Counted from the first letter of the stretch, positions 1-10,286 are shown. The stretch: DNA of 64,000 nucleotides from Nitrospinaceae bacterium (GCA_046754465.1 JBHHVU010000007.1:1-64000), one strand, 5' to 3'. The notes: a model not told the origin generated them from the sequence alone. Made by a program: numbers and translations.

Positions 1-86
1 AAAACCTTCCTCATCCGTTGGACATCCAAGGCGGAGGGGAGATTTCCCAAAACGGGATCGACTGGGAGCTCTTTCAACGCGCTCAT
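1..86 (-). CDS. 5' end of a gene running off the window edge (MSALKELPVDPVLGNLPSALDVQRMRKVF...), possibly an aminoglycoside-phosphotransferase-like protein
   Basis: ATG at 86 overlaps the TGA of the upstream lyase (ATGA coupling) and the frame is open to the edge. The DPxLxxLxxALD start resembles APH-like proteins of GT clusters (weak). Confidence 0.5.
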   Translation of the reverse strand, partial: MSALKELPVDPVLGNLPSALDVQRMRKV

Positions 87-2149
87 GGTTCCACCCCCAC
101 GGTCTGAAAATTAAGAGTACCCTCTATTTTGGCCCCCGGGCTCGAATGCATATCAAGGATTCCCCCCGTGGAATCCATACGGCTCAACAAGTAACTTCCC
201 TTGATATGGCATTCACCCAACCGCCAAAAACAGGAGGATTCCGCGGGACCGGAAAAAAGGATATCTGTCATCTTTTCCCCGCTATGGTCGATAGTGACTG
301 AAAGGGCCTGGGCGATGGGTCCCGCTTCCGACCCGTCCTCGGCAAATACTGGAATCCTTTTGACATCGATCGTTGGAGCCTGCTTCTTGAAAGGATAGAG
401 CACGTTGGCAAAAGCGGCGCTTTTTGCCCGTTGGGAAAAACGTAACACCGGAGCAGGGTGCTTTTCCCCATATTTATAAGACACGTATCCGTTTTCCACA
501 TGAGTGGTGATGGCTGGATCGAACGGCTTGGTTATTATTAAATTTGGGGAACAGATCAAGAGTGCACCCTCTCGTTCATGCATCTCAACCTTTCGGAAAG
601 CTTCTGGCGACAGGTGAAACAATTGATCGTAAACATGCGTTTCGCCGCCTAGCAGATGGTCGAAAAGGATCCAATATTCACCGCGCACAAAATAGATTTT
701 TCGCTCGTGCGTGGCCTCGTATTCATGGCTTTTGGCCACCCCATGCAACAGGTCAAAACCCGTTTCCGTCACAAAAGTTTTCAACTCATAATCTGGAGAG
801 GGCCCCTTGATCTTGTATTTTTTGGGGAGTTTGATGTAGCGAGTCTGGTTCATTTGGTCCACTTGGACGGTGTTGTGATATCCCGTTCCCCGAAAAAGCA
901 CCCGCCAATTGACTTCTCCCGCCTCGCTGTAGGTGTATCTGCCCGGGTCCACTACCAGGGATCGGCCATAGGCGGCCAATTCGAAACTCAGCAAGTCGAG
1001 ATGACCGTGGTTGCCGGCCCCCAGGGGTCCGCAGTCAAATATCAAATACCGTTCATCTTCATAACGATCCTTCCCTTGTGCCCATCCGCTCCTCAAGATG
1101 TAATAGCCGCTTTGAGGAAACGCCCGGGATCGGTCCCTCGGCGGATGACCCTGCTTCCCCCGGGTGGCCACGTATCGGAAGTCATCGCGGTCATAAAGTT
1201 CGGCGCCCTGTTCAAGGAGGGTGAGAAAGCAACCCGTGTCACCATCGCTTAGTGATGGAATGGTACCGTCCGGTTTATGGGCGTGTAGGGCAAATTCGAG
1301 CGCCTTTACCAGCAAGCCATCCATGACTGGGGGGAGGACGATCCCATTCATGGCGGCCAGCCGGCGGGCACACAAGTAATTTTTCAGGACGATATGATGG
1401 TAATCGGTGGATAATTCAGATTGGACCCCATCCTCCAACAAGTCGGTTTGCATATTGTGAACAATGGCATCGAGAGAAAATCGCAACCATTCCCTCGATC
1501 GCTCGAATTCCGGAAACACTACGGCCACGAGAAAAATGGAATATAACTCCAACGTCCTGTGATTTCGGCCGGGCGCGAGGTGGCCGATCAAGTAAAGGGT
1601 TTGCCGGTGCAGGGAGGTGAGGAATTTGATATGAAATTCCGGGGAGAGTCCATCGCCCTTGCCCATCATGACAAAATGGTAATACGCGTAAACCCAGCTT
1701 TGGATGCGCCTTCCCGTAACATCACTGGCGATAAATCCCGGGGAAATTTCCTGGTCGATCCAAGAGGCGGTCAATTCCACCCATTTCTTCAGGTATTTTG
1801 GGTGGCCGGTTTCGTTGAAAGCCATTCCCAATCCCACCGCATAATAGAATTTATGGAGGAGAATGTGCCATTCAATATCCTCGCTGGGGTTGTGCCTCCA
1901 ATCCATGGGCCGGGCCAGGGAATAACATTCGTTATTGAACTCAAATCGATTTTCGAGGATCGCTTCGATTTTTTCCGGGCCCGTTTCTTCCGGATCGGGG
2001 ACCGAAAAGCAAGAGATGCCCTCCCTTGCGCCGAAGTATCGCAGGAGTTCCGCCGGTGAAAACCGATTGTAGGGAGGCCGGAAGATCAAACCATCGGTTT
2101 CTGATGGATCGGTATAAGTTTTCAGAATTTCCTGGGTTTCCTGGATCAT
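83..2149 (-). CDS. Heparinase II/III family (alginate-lyase-like) protein
   Basis: 688 aa; NHxxxE, DGVQSELSTDYH, HGHLDLLSF, LVVDPGRYTY and HNTV motifs typical of Hepar_II_III proteins. Confidence 0.85.
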   Translation of the reverse strand: MIQETQEILKTYTDPSETDGLIFRPPYNRFSPAELLRYFGAREGISCFSVPDPEETGPEKIEAILENRFEFNNECYSLARPMDWRHNPSEDIEWHILLHKFYYAVGLGMAFNETGHPKYLKKWVELTASWIDQEISPGFIASDVTGRRIQSWVYAYYHFVMMGKGDGLSPEFHIKFLTSLHRQTLYLIGHLAPGRNHRTLELYSIFLVAVVFPEFERSREWLRFSLDAIVHNMQTDLLEDGVQSELSTDYHHIVLKNYLCARRLAAMNGIVLPPVMDGLLVKALEFALHAHKPDGTIPSLSDGDTGCFLTLLEQGAELYDRDDFRYVATRGKQGHPPRDRSRAFPQSGYYILRSGWAQGKDRYEDERYLIFDCGPLGAGNHGHLDLLSFELAAYGRSLVVDPGRYTYSEAGEVNWRVLFRGTGYHNTVQVDQMNQTRYIKLPKKYKIKGPSPDYELKTFVTETGFDLLHGVAKSHEYEATHERKIYFVRGEYWILFDHLLGGETHVYDQLFHLSPEAFRKVEMHEREGALLICSPNLIITKPFDPAITTHVENGYVSYKYGEKHPAPVLRFSQRAKSAAFANVLYPFKKQAPTIDVKRIPVFAEDGSEAGPIAQALSVTIDHSGEKMTDILFSGPAESSCFWRLGECHIKGSYLLSRMDSTGGILDMHSSPGAKIEGTLNFQTVGVEP

Positions 2150-3465
2150 GCGGGCAAGGCCTGTTGAAGGATGGTTTTAAAAAGGTGGTTTAAGGTTCCA
2201 ATGGTTCTTTTTGAATCGAACGTCCGGCAGACCGTATCCCGGGAAGCCTGGCCCAGCTTGTCGCGCAAGTTCTTGTCCTGGAGCAGTCGTCCCAGGGCTC
2301 CGGCCAGGGCGTCCGCATCCCGTTGCGGGACTAACACGCCGTTCACCCCATCCTGGATCAATTCCGGGATCCCTGAAATATTCGTGGAGACGGCGGGAAT
2401 CCCCATCGCCATTGCTTCCACCAATACATTTGGAATTCCATCCCGGTCCCCATCGTCTGTAATCTGGCAGGGCAGGGCAAACAATGTTGACCTTTGATAA
2501 ATTCCCCGAAGTTCATTTTGAGTCACTTCGCTCTTCAGGGTGATGGTGTCTTCCAGGTTCAGGGATTGAATCATTTGTAGCGCCAACTCATATTGTTCTC
2601 CCTTTTCACCTACGATCAGGCATTTGAAATCCATGCCCCGATCCTTCAATTTCCTGCAGGCTTCAATGAGGTAAGTGAAGCCTTTTTTTTCCACGAACCG
2701 GCCAACGGAAAGAATCGTCGCCGGCTGTGCCGGGGTTTCCTTTTCCCGGGGCGCGAAATAGCTGGTGTCCAAGCCATGGTAAATGGTGTTGACTTTTTTC
2801 CCATTGGGGCACAAATCCTGAAGGTATTGTTTGTTGGCCTCGGTGCACGTCACCACGAAAGCCGCGGCATTAAGTTTTCTTCTCAGCAGGTCCCCCGGAT
2901 TCAATTTTGTTTGATAGATGTCCTTGGCATGCGCCGTAAAACTGAACGGCAAACCTGTAATTTTGCTTACAAACGCGGTGATGGTTGTCGATCCATGGGA
3001 GAAATGCCCATGCAGGTGCCGGGTTCTTCCGGATCGCAATATTTCCACAGCAATGTGGCCTGCCTGCAAAAATTCCTTAATGAAAATCTTTCTGGGTTTT
3101 GCGAAGAAACCCGTCCGGTATTTCCAACACATCACGAACATTTGGAGAAAGGTGGTGATGTACGTCCCGGGCGTAAGCCGGATCAATTGGAAGTGAGATG
3201 CGGCAAAGGCCGGCAAATTCTCGAAAAGCCACATGAATAAATTTCGATTGGACAAAGAAGTGGTTTCCGGAAGATATTGCACTGGGGTCACGAGTTGCCG
3301 CACCTTGGTGTGAACCTTTTTTTCCCGCGGATCCTTGACCGAATATACTCGTAAGTTTAACCCCATCCGTTCGAGCAGATAGATTTCATTAGTGATGAAA
3401 GTTTCCGACAGACGTGGAAAACCTTTCAGGATGTAGGCGATTTCAAAATCTTGTTCAGTGGACAT
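2146..3465 (-). CDS. Glycosyltransferase family 4 (WcaL-like)
   Basis: FPRLSETFI N-terminus, VGRFVEKKG, DGIPNVLVEAMAMG motifs; coupled to both neighbours. Confidence 0.92.
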   Translation of the reverse strand: MSTEQDFEIAYILKGFPRLSETFITNEIYLLERMGLNLRVYSVKDPREKKVHTKVRQLVTPVQYLPETTSLSNRNLFMWLFENLPAFAASHFQLIRLTPGTYITTFLQMFVMCWKYRTGFFAKPRKIFIKEFLQAGHIAVEILRSGRTRHLHGHFSHGSTTITAFVSKITGLPFSFTAHAKDIYQTKLNPGDLLRRKLNAAAFVVTCTEANKQYLQDLCPNGKKVNTIYHGLDTSYFAPREKETPAQPATILSVGRFVEKKGFTYLIEACRKLKDRGMDFKCLIVGEKGEQYELALQMIQSLNLEDTITLKSEVTQNELRGIYQRSTLFALPCQITDDGDRDGIPNVLVEAMAMGIPAVSTNISGIPELIQDGVNGVLVPQRDADALAGALGRLLQDKNLRDKLGQASRDTVCRTFDSKRTIGTLNHLFKTILQQALPA

Positions 3466-4831
3466 AATCCTTCACTCTTTTTTCCTGTGTGATAGATTCG
3501 GCTGAAGCCGGGTCGAGGGTGTGGTTTATCAGGGCCTTTAATTGTTCAATGTGATGTTTCGCGTCGAAATAGTGAACGATTCTTCTCCGGCCGGCAAAAC
3601 CCAGGTTTTGCCGTAGCGTGGGTTGACCCAGTAAATGTTTCATGGCCGATTTCAAGGCTCCCGGGTCTTTTGGAGGGACCAGGATCCCGGTTTTTTCATG
3701 ATCGATCAGTTCGGGAATGCCCGAGACGGTCGTGGAAATAACCGGGATTTCCATCGCCATCGCTTCCATGATGACATTCGGGATTCCGTCCCTGTCACCC
3801 TCTTCATCCACTTGGCAAGGGAGAACGAAGAGGTCCGCTTTTCGATATAAGCCGATTAATTCCTCGTGGACCATTTTTCCCTCCAGTTGAACTTTGTCGC
3901 CGATGGATAATGTTTCGATCCATCGATCCAGGGAATCCTTCTCCGGACCGAACCCGACGATTTTGCAGCGGAAATCGATCCCTTCATCCTTCAACCACCG
4001 GCAGGCTTGAAGGAGGGTAGGGAAGCCTTTTTTTTTCCTGAACCGGCCTACGCTGAGGATCAAGGGGACCTCGTGCGGCGGTCCCCCGTTTCCGTCATTC
4101 CTTTCCGGTTTGAACTTGTCGGTAAATAGGCCGTGATAAACTTTTACAATGGGGGTTTTACACGTGGCAATGGAGCGCAAATAACGCTTGTTGAATTCGG
4201 TGCAGGTAACAATGAAACGTGACCGGCTCATTTTCCGCCTCAAGGATTCCTTGGAGGAGAGATAGATATCCTTCGCATGCGTGGAAATGCTGAAAGGAAT
4301 ACCGGTAAGGTGATACACCAATTCAGCCACTCCCGCGGGTTCATTGGCATAATGAGTGTGAAGGTGGGTGATGCCGGAAAATTGGACCACGGCCGCCAGA
4401 CTTCCGGCCTGGGCAAATTCCTGAAAGCGGTTGGGTTCGGACCGGTGAAATAAAAACCAGAGCGCCCCCCAATAGCGGAGCGGGTTCCGCATCATTAAAA
4501 TGAAATGCGATTTGATCATTTGAAATACTTGAGAATTACCATGCCAGGGGACATATGTCACCGGAGCCTTCACCCGTTGATTGGACGAATGAAAAACCTG
4601 CTCCACCGGCCGGCGTAAAGAAAAAATTTGAAGATCCAGCCCACCCGCTTCCAAACCCAATATTTCATTGAGGATAAAAGTTTCCGAAATCTTGGGGAAG
4701 GTCTTCAATAAAATCCCTATTTTTTTCCCGGGAACACTTTTTTTGACAGGGGATCCATTTGCCCGGGAGCCGTTGCCGTTACAAACCAGCCCGGATTGGA
4801 TTTTCTCTGCGATGGGGAAGTGGACTCTCAT
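3455..4831 (-). CDS. Glycosyltransferase family 4 (WcaL-like), paralog of the downstream GT
   Basis: FPKISETFI, VGRFRKKKG, DGIPNVIMEAMAM motifs. Confidence 0.92.
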   Translation of the reverse strand: MRVHFPIAEKIQSGLVCNGNGSRANGSPVKKSVPGKKIGILLKTFPKISETFILNEILGLEAGGLDLQIFSLRRPVEQVFHSSNQRVKAPVTYVPWHGNSQVFQMIKSHFILMMRNPLRYWGALWFLFHRSEPNRFQEFAQAGSLAAVVQFSGITHLHTHYANEPAGVAELVYHLTGIPFSISTHAKDIYLSSKESLRRKMSRSRFIVTCTEFNKRYLRSIATCKTPIVKVYHGLFTDKFKPERNDGNGGPPHEVPLILSVGRFRKKKGFPTLLQACRWLKDEGIDFRCKIVGFGPEKDSLDRWIETLSIGDKVQLEGKMVHEELIGLYRKADLFVLPCQVDEEGDRDGIPNVIMEAMAMEIPVISTTVSGIPELIDHEKTGILVPPKDPGALKSAMKHLLGQPTLRQNLGFAGRRRIVHYFDAKHHIEQLKALINHTLDPASAESITQEKRVKDYVH

Positions 4832-5023
4832 TTGACCCTTCTGAGTTATGCCAAAAGCCGGATGGGGGTGAGGATCAGGTTGAGTCCCCAGCCTTTGGGA
4901 AAGGGAAAAAGGCTCTTGGCGCTCCTATTCATGGACCCATGTTGTCCATTGAAAAATCAGGAGAATTAAAGAGCTATAAGGATTTCATAATTAGCCCATT
5001 TTGGAAGGAGGGAAATCACAATT

Positions 5024-5045
5024 TAATGTGATTTGACTCACATGG
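5024..5045. promoter_or_regulatory. CRP/FNR-family binding site (TGTGA-N6-TCACA)
   Basis: TGTGA(5027-5031)-tttgac-TCACA(5038-5042) is a perfect core match, about 200 bp upstream of the GT operon start. Confidence 0.65.
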
Positions 5046-5210
5046 TGAGGAAACGTTTTAGCGGGGATTACCGGCCCAATTTAAAATCGGCAAACCGCCG
5101 GGACGGGGCCGGATGATATGGGATGGGTGGGGAGGGTCCGGGGAGGGTCCGGGGACAAAACACGGACCATTTGCGTGTTCTCAGTTCAAGGTGACGGGAC
5201 AGAATTTCCT

Positions 5211-5242
5211 TCCACGGGATTTCAATCCCTTGAACCCGTGGA
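5211..5242. other. Inverted repeat/hairpin downstream of the cytochrome gene
   Basis: TCCACGGG..TTCAA-tccc-TTGAA..CCCGTGGA; no clear U-tract on the minus strand. Confidence 0.4.
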
Positions 5243-5309
5243 GTGAAGTTTTTAAAAAATTATCCGGTTTTCATGTAACCTGTTAGTAAGTTTTATATAA
5301 AAAAGATAT

Positions 5310-7088
5310 TCATTTTTTCGACACGTGTTCGGCCATTCTGCCATTATTTGACAATTGCCGTTTCTTTTGAAGAATATTCAGTCTCTGCCAGACACTGATC
5401 ACCTTGCGGCCATTTCGATCTTCCTTTAAACCATCCCACACGGCAAAAGCGATGAGACCTGGCTCCTTCCGGTTGAGTTCGATATCCCATTTTCCGGTTT
5501 TTGCCATATCACGCAGGAAAACGACCGTCCATACGCCGTCCTTCCACTCCCCATAGCCTTCGACATTCTGGTTGTCAGGAGGTTGGGGGGTGAGGGTGCC
5601 AAATCCTTCCGCGTTGAGCTCTTCCACGGCATTCTCTTTAGTGGCGTTCAATTTGGCGACGGGATTGGACATGATCCCGCCATAGATCAAAGCATCCATG
5701 TCTACCCCGCCCGTGGAATATTCCTGCTCATTTTCCGCCGCCAGGGTTTCTTCCAGTCCTGCTTTCCAGTGCCAGATATTGACGGGTTTATTTCGATTAC
5801 CCATACCAAAAAACGGTTCGTTATGACCATGAGTATGAAGGGTTACGGCCCCCAAGGCAAATTGAACCGCCACGCCGTCACGGAAAACATCCGAATTTAA
5901 CTCGGAAAAGGCATCATGCGTGGGGTCCTCCCATTGCAAGCGGATGGCTAACTGTTCCCCGTTATGTACGGAGGCAAAATTGATGGTTTCTATCGCCCCC
6001 CGCCGGGCGGACAATGGACGAAGAACAAGGTTAGTGGTTTCAATCCCATTCCACACCGGATTGTCCACCTCGGTATTGAGTTCGGCATCGACTTTATGGG
6101 AGTAAAGGTCGGTTTCAAATTCCGCGGGATTAAAAATTTTGGTAAACCGCGACTGAATCAAATAGACCAAGGCCCAGCGATCCCTCTCCGGCAGATCTGT
6201 ATAGGACCGCATGGGCGTTCCATCCAATCCCGTAGTGATCGTTCGAAAAAGGTCCTTGGCTGAATGGCCTGATTTCAATACATTCGGATCGGTAATATCG
6301 TGGACAAACACCGCATGTTTCCATGCGTCCATCAGCGAATCGGCCAACTTCCCATCTCCTCGCCCCAAAGCGCCGTGGCAATCGACACATTTTTTCTTGA
6401 TGAACAGGTCCTTGCCACGGGCGATCATCGCTGGGGTGGATGGAGGAGGCGTGCCGATCTGGATTTTTTCTCCGGGAGTTTCCTTTTGAAAACGGGGCGA
6501 AAAATTCTTGATCAGGTTGATAAGCGCCCACGTGTCTTCCGGGGATACCGCCGCTTCCCAGGCGGGCATGGAGGTTCCAGGAACTCCTTTGATTATGGTC
6601 CGGTAAATATCCTCATCTCGTGGAAGCGTTCCCGTTGGGGTGGAGCGGAATTTGAAAATGCCCTTGCGGAAATCCCTCGGCCACGGGTAAAGGTACTCCA
6701 CAGCCCGGCCGCCGCCATTGCCATCTTCCCCATGACAGAATACGCACATATGGAGATAGATATTGCGGCCTCTGGCAAGAAGCGCTCCTTCCTCCATCCC
6801 CGGTTTAGCCACTCCCATGGCGTCATGAGCTCCGCGTGTCCGAAATAAATTTTCCGGTTTCTCTCCATGACTACCATGGCCTGAGAAGTCCTCATGACTT
6901 CCGGGAGCCTCTTCCATCTTGTATTCCTGACCAGGTTGAGAATCATGGCCACTGTGGTCCATCCCCGCATGATCTTCTGGAAAGGCGGGATGGGAGGAAA
7001 GAAAAATAATGGTCAGGGTGGAAAAAATATATACGGGCAGTGTAATGGCTTTTCGCGATCGGGTTGGGCGAATTAGCATCTGATTCAT
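5310..7088 (-). CDS. Periplasmic di-haem cytochrome c with C-terminal EB_dh/DOMON haem-b domain (NxrC/EbdC-like) and His/Met-rich N-terminus
   Basis: Signal peptide; CVFCH and CVDCH; PRDFRKGIFKFRST and GVPGTSMPAW motifs; C-terminal RLQWED...FGMG..PVNIWHW...AFAVWDG...GRKVISVW. Confidence 0.85.
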   Translation of the reverse strand: MNQMLIRPTRSRKAITLPVYIFSTLTIIFLSSHPAFPEDHAGMDHSGHDSQPGQEYKMEEAPGSHEDFSGHGSHGEKPENLFRTRGAHDAMGVAKPGMEEGALLARGRNIYLHMCVFCHGEDGNGGGRAVEYLYPWPRDFRKGIFKFRSTPTGTLPRDEDIYRTIIKGVPGTSMPAWEAAVSPEDTWALINLIKNFSPRFQKETPGEKIQIGTPPPSTPAMIARGKDLFIKKKCVDCHGALGRGDGKLADSLMDAWKHAVFVHDITDPNVLKSGHSAKDLFRTITTGLDGTPMRSYTDLPERDRWALVYLIQSRFTKIFNPAEFETDLYSHKVDAELNTEVDNPVWNGIETTNLVLRPLSARRGAIETINFASVHNGEQLAIRLQWEDPTHDAFSELNSDVFRDGVAVQFALGAVTLHTHGHNEPFFGMGNRNKPVNIWHWKAGLEETLAAENEQEYSTGGVDMDALIYGGIMSNPVAKLNATKENAVEELNAEGFGTLTPQPPDNQNVEGYGEWKDGVWTVVFLRDMAKTGKWDIELNRKEPGLIAFAVWDGLKEDRNGRKVISVWQRLNILQKKRQLSNNGRMAEHVSKK

Positions 7089-7242
7089 TTGAATTCTCCA
7101 AGTTGAAACATTGGTTTCCGAATTCTTAACTTAACCCCGGATAATTGAGGTGCCTGAAGAATCAGTGAATTCGACGACACCGGAAGGCGTTTGCCGGACA
7201 ACCCGTTCCCACCCACAATTTTTTCTTTTAATATCCTTATTA

Positions 7243-8583
7243 TCATGAAGAACCGGCGGCACAGCGGAATCCAACCCCTTCTATTCGATAACCCGGATAG
7301 AAAACCTTGCGGCTGGCGGACCGTCCGGATAAAAAATCGTTTTCCCACGCGCCACCGCGCACGACCTTGCGGCTGGCGGACCGCTCGGCCAGAAAAATCT
7401 CTTCCGGCCCGATTTCTGTTTTTTCCGTTTGCGGAGGAAGGTAGCCTTTGGGGTCTTTTTTCGGGCTGATAAAATAATAACCTTCGTGATATGAATCCCA
7501 GACCCATTCGCTCACATTCCCCGCCATATCGTAAAGACCAAAGGGATTGGGAGGAAAGGAACCCACCGGAGCGGTCTGTTTGAACCCGTCCGAACCTTCT
7601 GTCGATCGGACGTTCAATTTACAGGTGCTGTCGCAAAGGTTGCCCATTTTCGGATCAAAGTCTTCTCCCCAGTAATATTCGGTTGCCGTCCCAGCCCGGG
7701 CGGCGAATTCCCACTCGGCCTCCGTCGGAAGCCGTTTCCCCAGTTTTTTGCAATATTCGTTCGCGTCCATCCATGTGACGCTGTCTACAGGAAGCTCGGC
7801 CCCCTGAAAGTGTGAGGGATTTCTGTTCAGAACGAACTGGAATTTTCTCTGAGTCACTTCATACTTATCCATTTTAAATGGTGAAACGCAAACCTCATGA
7901 ATGGGTGATTCATCCGCATCTCCCTTGGTACTTCCCATCATGAAGCAGCCTCCTTCCAGGTCAGCCATTTTCTCTCTTTTCCCTCCTCCGGCGGTGGCGA
8001 TCAGCTTTTTTTTGACCTTTTCCTGGAGTTCAACAACGCGTTCACGAAGAATCCGGGGAATTCCGACATATTTGATCTGAACCTGGTTTTTCGGCAGGAG
8101 TTCCACCCTCCCGGATTTTTTAAAGAACAGTCTGTAATGCTCCACGGGACCGGAAGCAATGGGTTTAATGAATTTGCCCATACTGCTTTTTGCGACACCG
8201 TCTTTCACCACAGTCTCGTCAATAAGCTCCGCTTCAAGAGGTTGTGGCTCCCCCTCAAAATAGACCAGGACTTTTCTGCCGCCGGTCACCTCCAAGGCTA
8301 GGAGCTGGTCGATCAGCACATTGGCTTCATCATATTTTTCCAAAAGAACCTTTATTTCAGCGAGTGCTTTTAAAGCCCTGTAGCCTTCCGGATTGATTTC
8401 AACCGCTTTGGAAAAAATCTTTTCCGCTCCATTGACATCATCGCTGGCAAAAGATTTTTCTCCCTCCTCGATTAAATTCTCGATCTCTCCGAATACGATC
8501 CCGGGGTCATTGAAAAAGGAAAACAGAATCAAGACAATAGCGACCGGAAGGGTTCTTTTAGGAAAAACTGGTTTGGATGTCAT
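7243..8583 (-). CDS. Secreted TPR + FGE-sulfatase (SUMF1/EgtB/PvdO) domain protein
   Basis: Signal peptide and TPR-like helices, then FMMGS, KYEVT, RLPTEAEWEFAAR, PNPFGLYDMAGNVSEW, RGGAW, GFRC; lacks the catalytic Cys pair of true FGE. Confidence 0.88.
   Translation of the reverse strand: MTSKPVFPKRTLPVAIVLILFSFFNDPGIVFGEIENLIEEGEKSFASDDVNGAEKIFSKAVEINPEGYRALKALAEIKVLLEKYDEANVLIDQLLALEVTGGRKVLVYFEGEPQPLEAELIDETVVKDGVAKSSMGKFIKPIASGPVEHYRLFFKKSGRVELLPKNQVQIKYVGIPRILRERVVELQEKVKKKLIATAGGGKREKMADLEGGCFMMGSTKGDADESPIHEVCVSPFKMDKYEVTQRKFQFVLNRNPSHFQGAELPVDSVTWMDANEYCKKLGKRLPTEAEWEFAARAGTATEYYWGEDFDPKMGNLCDSTCKLNVRSTEGSDGFKQTAPVGSFPPNPFGLYDMAGNVSEWVWDSYHEGYYFISPKKDPKGYLPPQTEKTEIGPEEIFLAERSASRKVVRGGAWENDFLSGRSASRKVFYPGYRIEGVGFRCAAGSS
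7304..7383. repeat. Perfect 20-bp direct repeat inside the FGE-domain gene
   Basis: accttgcggctggcggaccg at 7304-7323 and 7364-7383, encoding RSASRKV twice. Confidence 0.85.
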
Positions 8584-8972
8584 TAATCAGATCCTCAAAA
8601 ATTAGTTGCCATCAACTTGGAGTTTCAACATAATCCCTGTACCATAATACAGGGTCAATGGAAAAATTCCTGGAAAGGAAAAAAGCGCCAAAAGTAAATT
8701 AGAGCGAAGGGTATAGCTTAAGAGTTATGTATGGTAGGCAGGCCAAAAGCGGACAATTTTCGTTTTCCGAGTTCAAGTTGAGGGAGGGAGGAACGGGTCA
8801 AAATTTTTCTTAGCTGCAACTGCCATGGATCTGGTGATGGACTCCATATATTCGCCATCCTGGTTTTCCTGTCGATCCTGTCAAACCACCCTCACATCAA
8901 TCGGTATCCCCTGGATTCCGCGCTTTCCTCCTAATGGGTGGCCCCTTTTCTTTTGGCGAAACAGAGAAATTC

Positions 8973-9066
8973 TTTTCACCGCAAAGGCGCAAAGGACGCA
9001 GAGAAAAACTTAAAAAATAGTGGGGTTTTGGTTTCTTTGCGATCTTTGCGTCTCCGCGGTAAAAAA
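8973..9066. repeat. Imperfect palindromic (REP-like) element with internal 8-9-nt cgcaaag periodicity
   Basis: Left arm ttttcaccgcaaaggcgcaaaggacgcagagaaa; right arm tttctttgcgatctttgcgtctccgcggtaaaaaa. Confidence 0.7.
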
Positions 9067-9227
9067 CGGGTTTTGTTTTTCCATCGGATCATGGGTGACC
9101 CCTTTTTCTTATTATTCTTTTCAGAGAAGGCGAAAAGTTTTTTAATTTAGAAAGATCAGGAGCATTAAAAGTAAGAGCCATTGGATTGTGAGTAGTTTAG
9201 ATGTAAAAAAGCTGTAAGAATCCCAGG

Positions 9228-9271
9228 AAAAAAAGGCACTTATAGGAGAAACTCCTTTAAGTGCCTTTTTT
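9228..9271 (-). terminator. Rho-independent (potentially bidirectional) terminator after the tRNA
   Basis: aaaaaaaggcacttataggag-aaa-ctcctttaagtgcctttttt, with A/T tracts on both sides. Confidence 0.85.
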
Positions 9272-9274
9272 ATT

Positions 9275-9351
<77 letters not shown>

Positions 9352-9398
9352 ATTCAACTTTTTAAAAAATCAATGAGTTGGAAAGGATAGATTATAAA

Positions 9399-9426
9399 GG
9401 TATACTGGTTCCCCGGTTCTTGTCAA
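9399..9426 (-). promoter_or_regulatory. Probable sigma-70 promoter for the tRNA
   Basis: TTGACA (9426-9421), 16 nt spacer, then TATACC on the minus strand. Confidence 0.45.
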
Positions 9427-9623
9427 GGGCTCATATCCCCGAAACTTCGGGGAAGCCGTCCGCGGGGATCATCGGTGGAATGTCTTGCGCCTTCCACTTG
9501 AGAAAGAATTACTCCTATCCGGCCATGGAGCTTGGTCAACAAATCAATTCCGGGTCCGGAAAAAATCAAGCGGCTCCTACCGCATGGGAATGCGCATAAA
9601 GCCGTTTTGAAATCCAGTGATGA

Positions 9624-9968
<345 letters not shown>

Positions 9969-10286
9969 CTAAAATTTATATATTAAAAAAAGGGTGCGGA
10001 ACTTTGTTAATAATTTTTTTCAAGGTTGGGATGGTGGGACGATGTATCCGAAAAATGACGGAATGAACCACCCGTTTAAAAAATTCTTCGCATCTCCAGA
10101 ATACATCTCCGTACGAAGGTATAAAACCTATATAAGCAAATAATATTCAAGTCAAGAAAATTTTTTTATTACCCGGATTTTCTATTAAAATTTCAGGAAA
10201 TTCTTTGGGGAAAGACCGGTGACGGCGGCAACCATGCCTTGGAGAAAACCTTCACTGCCCCCACTCCTATTTGACAGGAAGCGAAA

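Noticed and set aside
7085..8583. Diversity-generating retroelement (FGE-sulfatase here and DUF1566 at 35709-36344 are typical DGR target folds)
   Set aside because: No reverse transcriptase, no Avd-like gene, and no template repeat differing at adenines was seen in the window.
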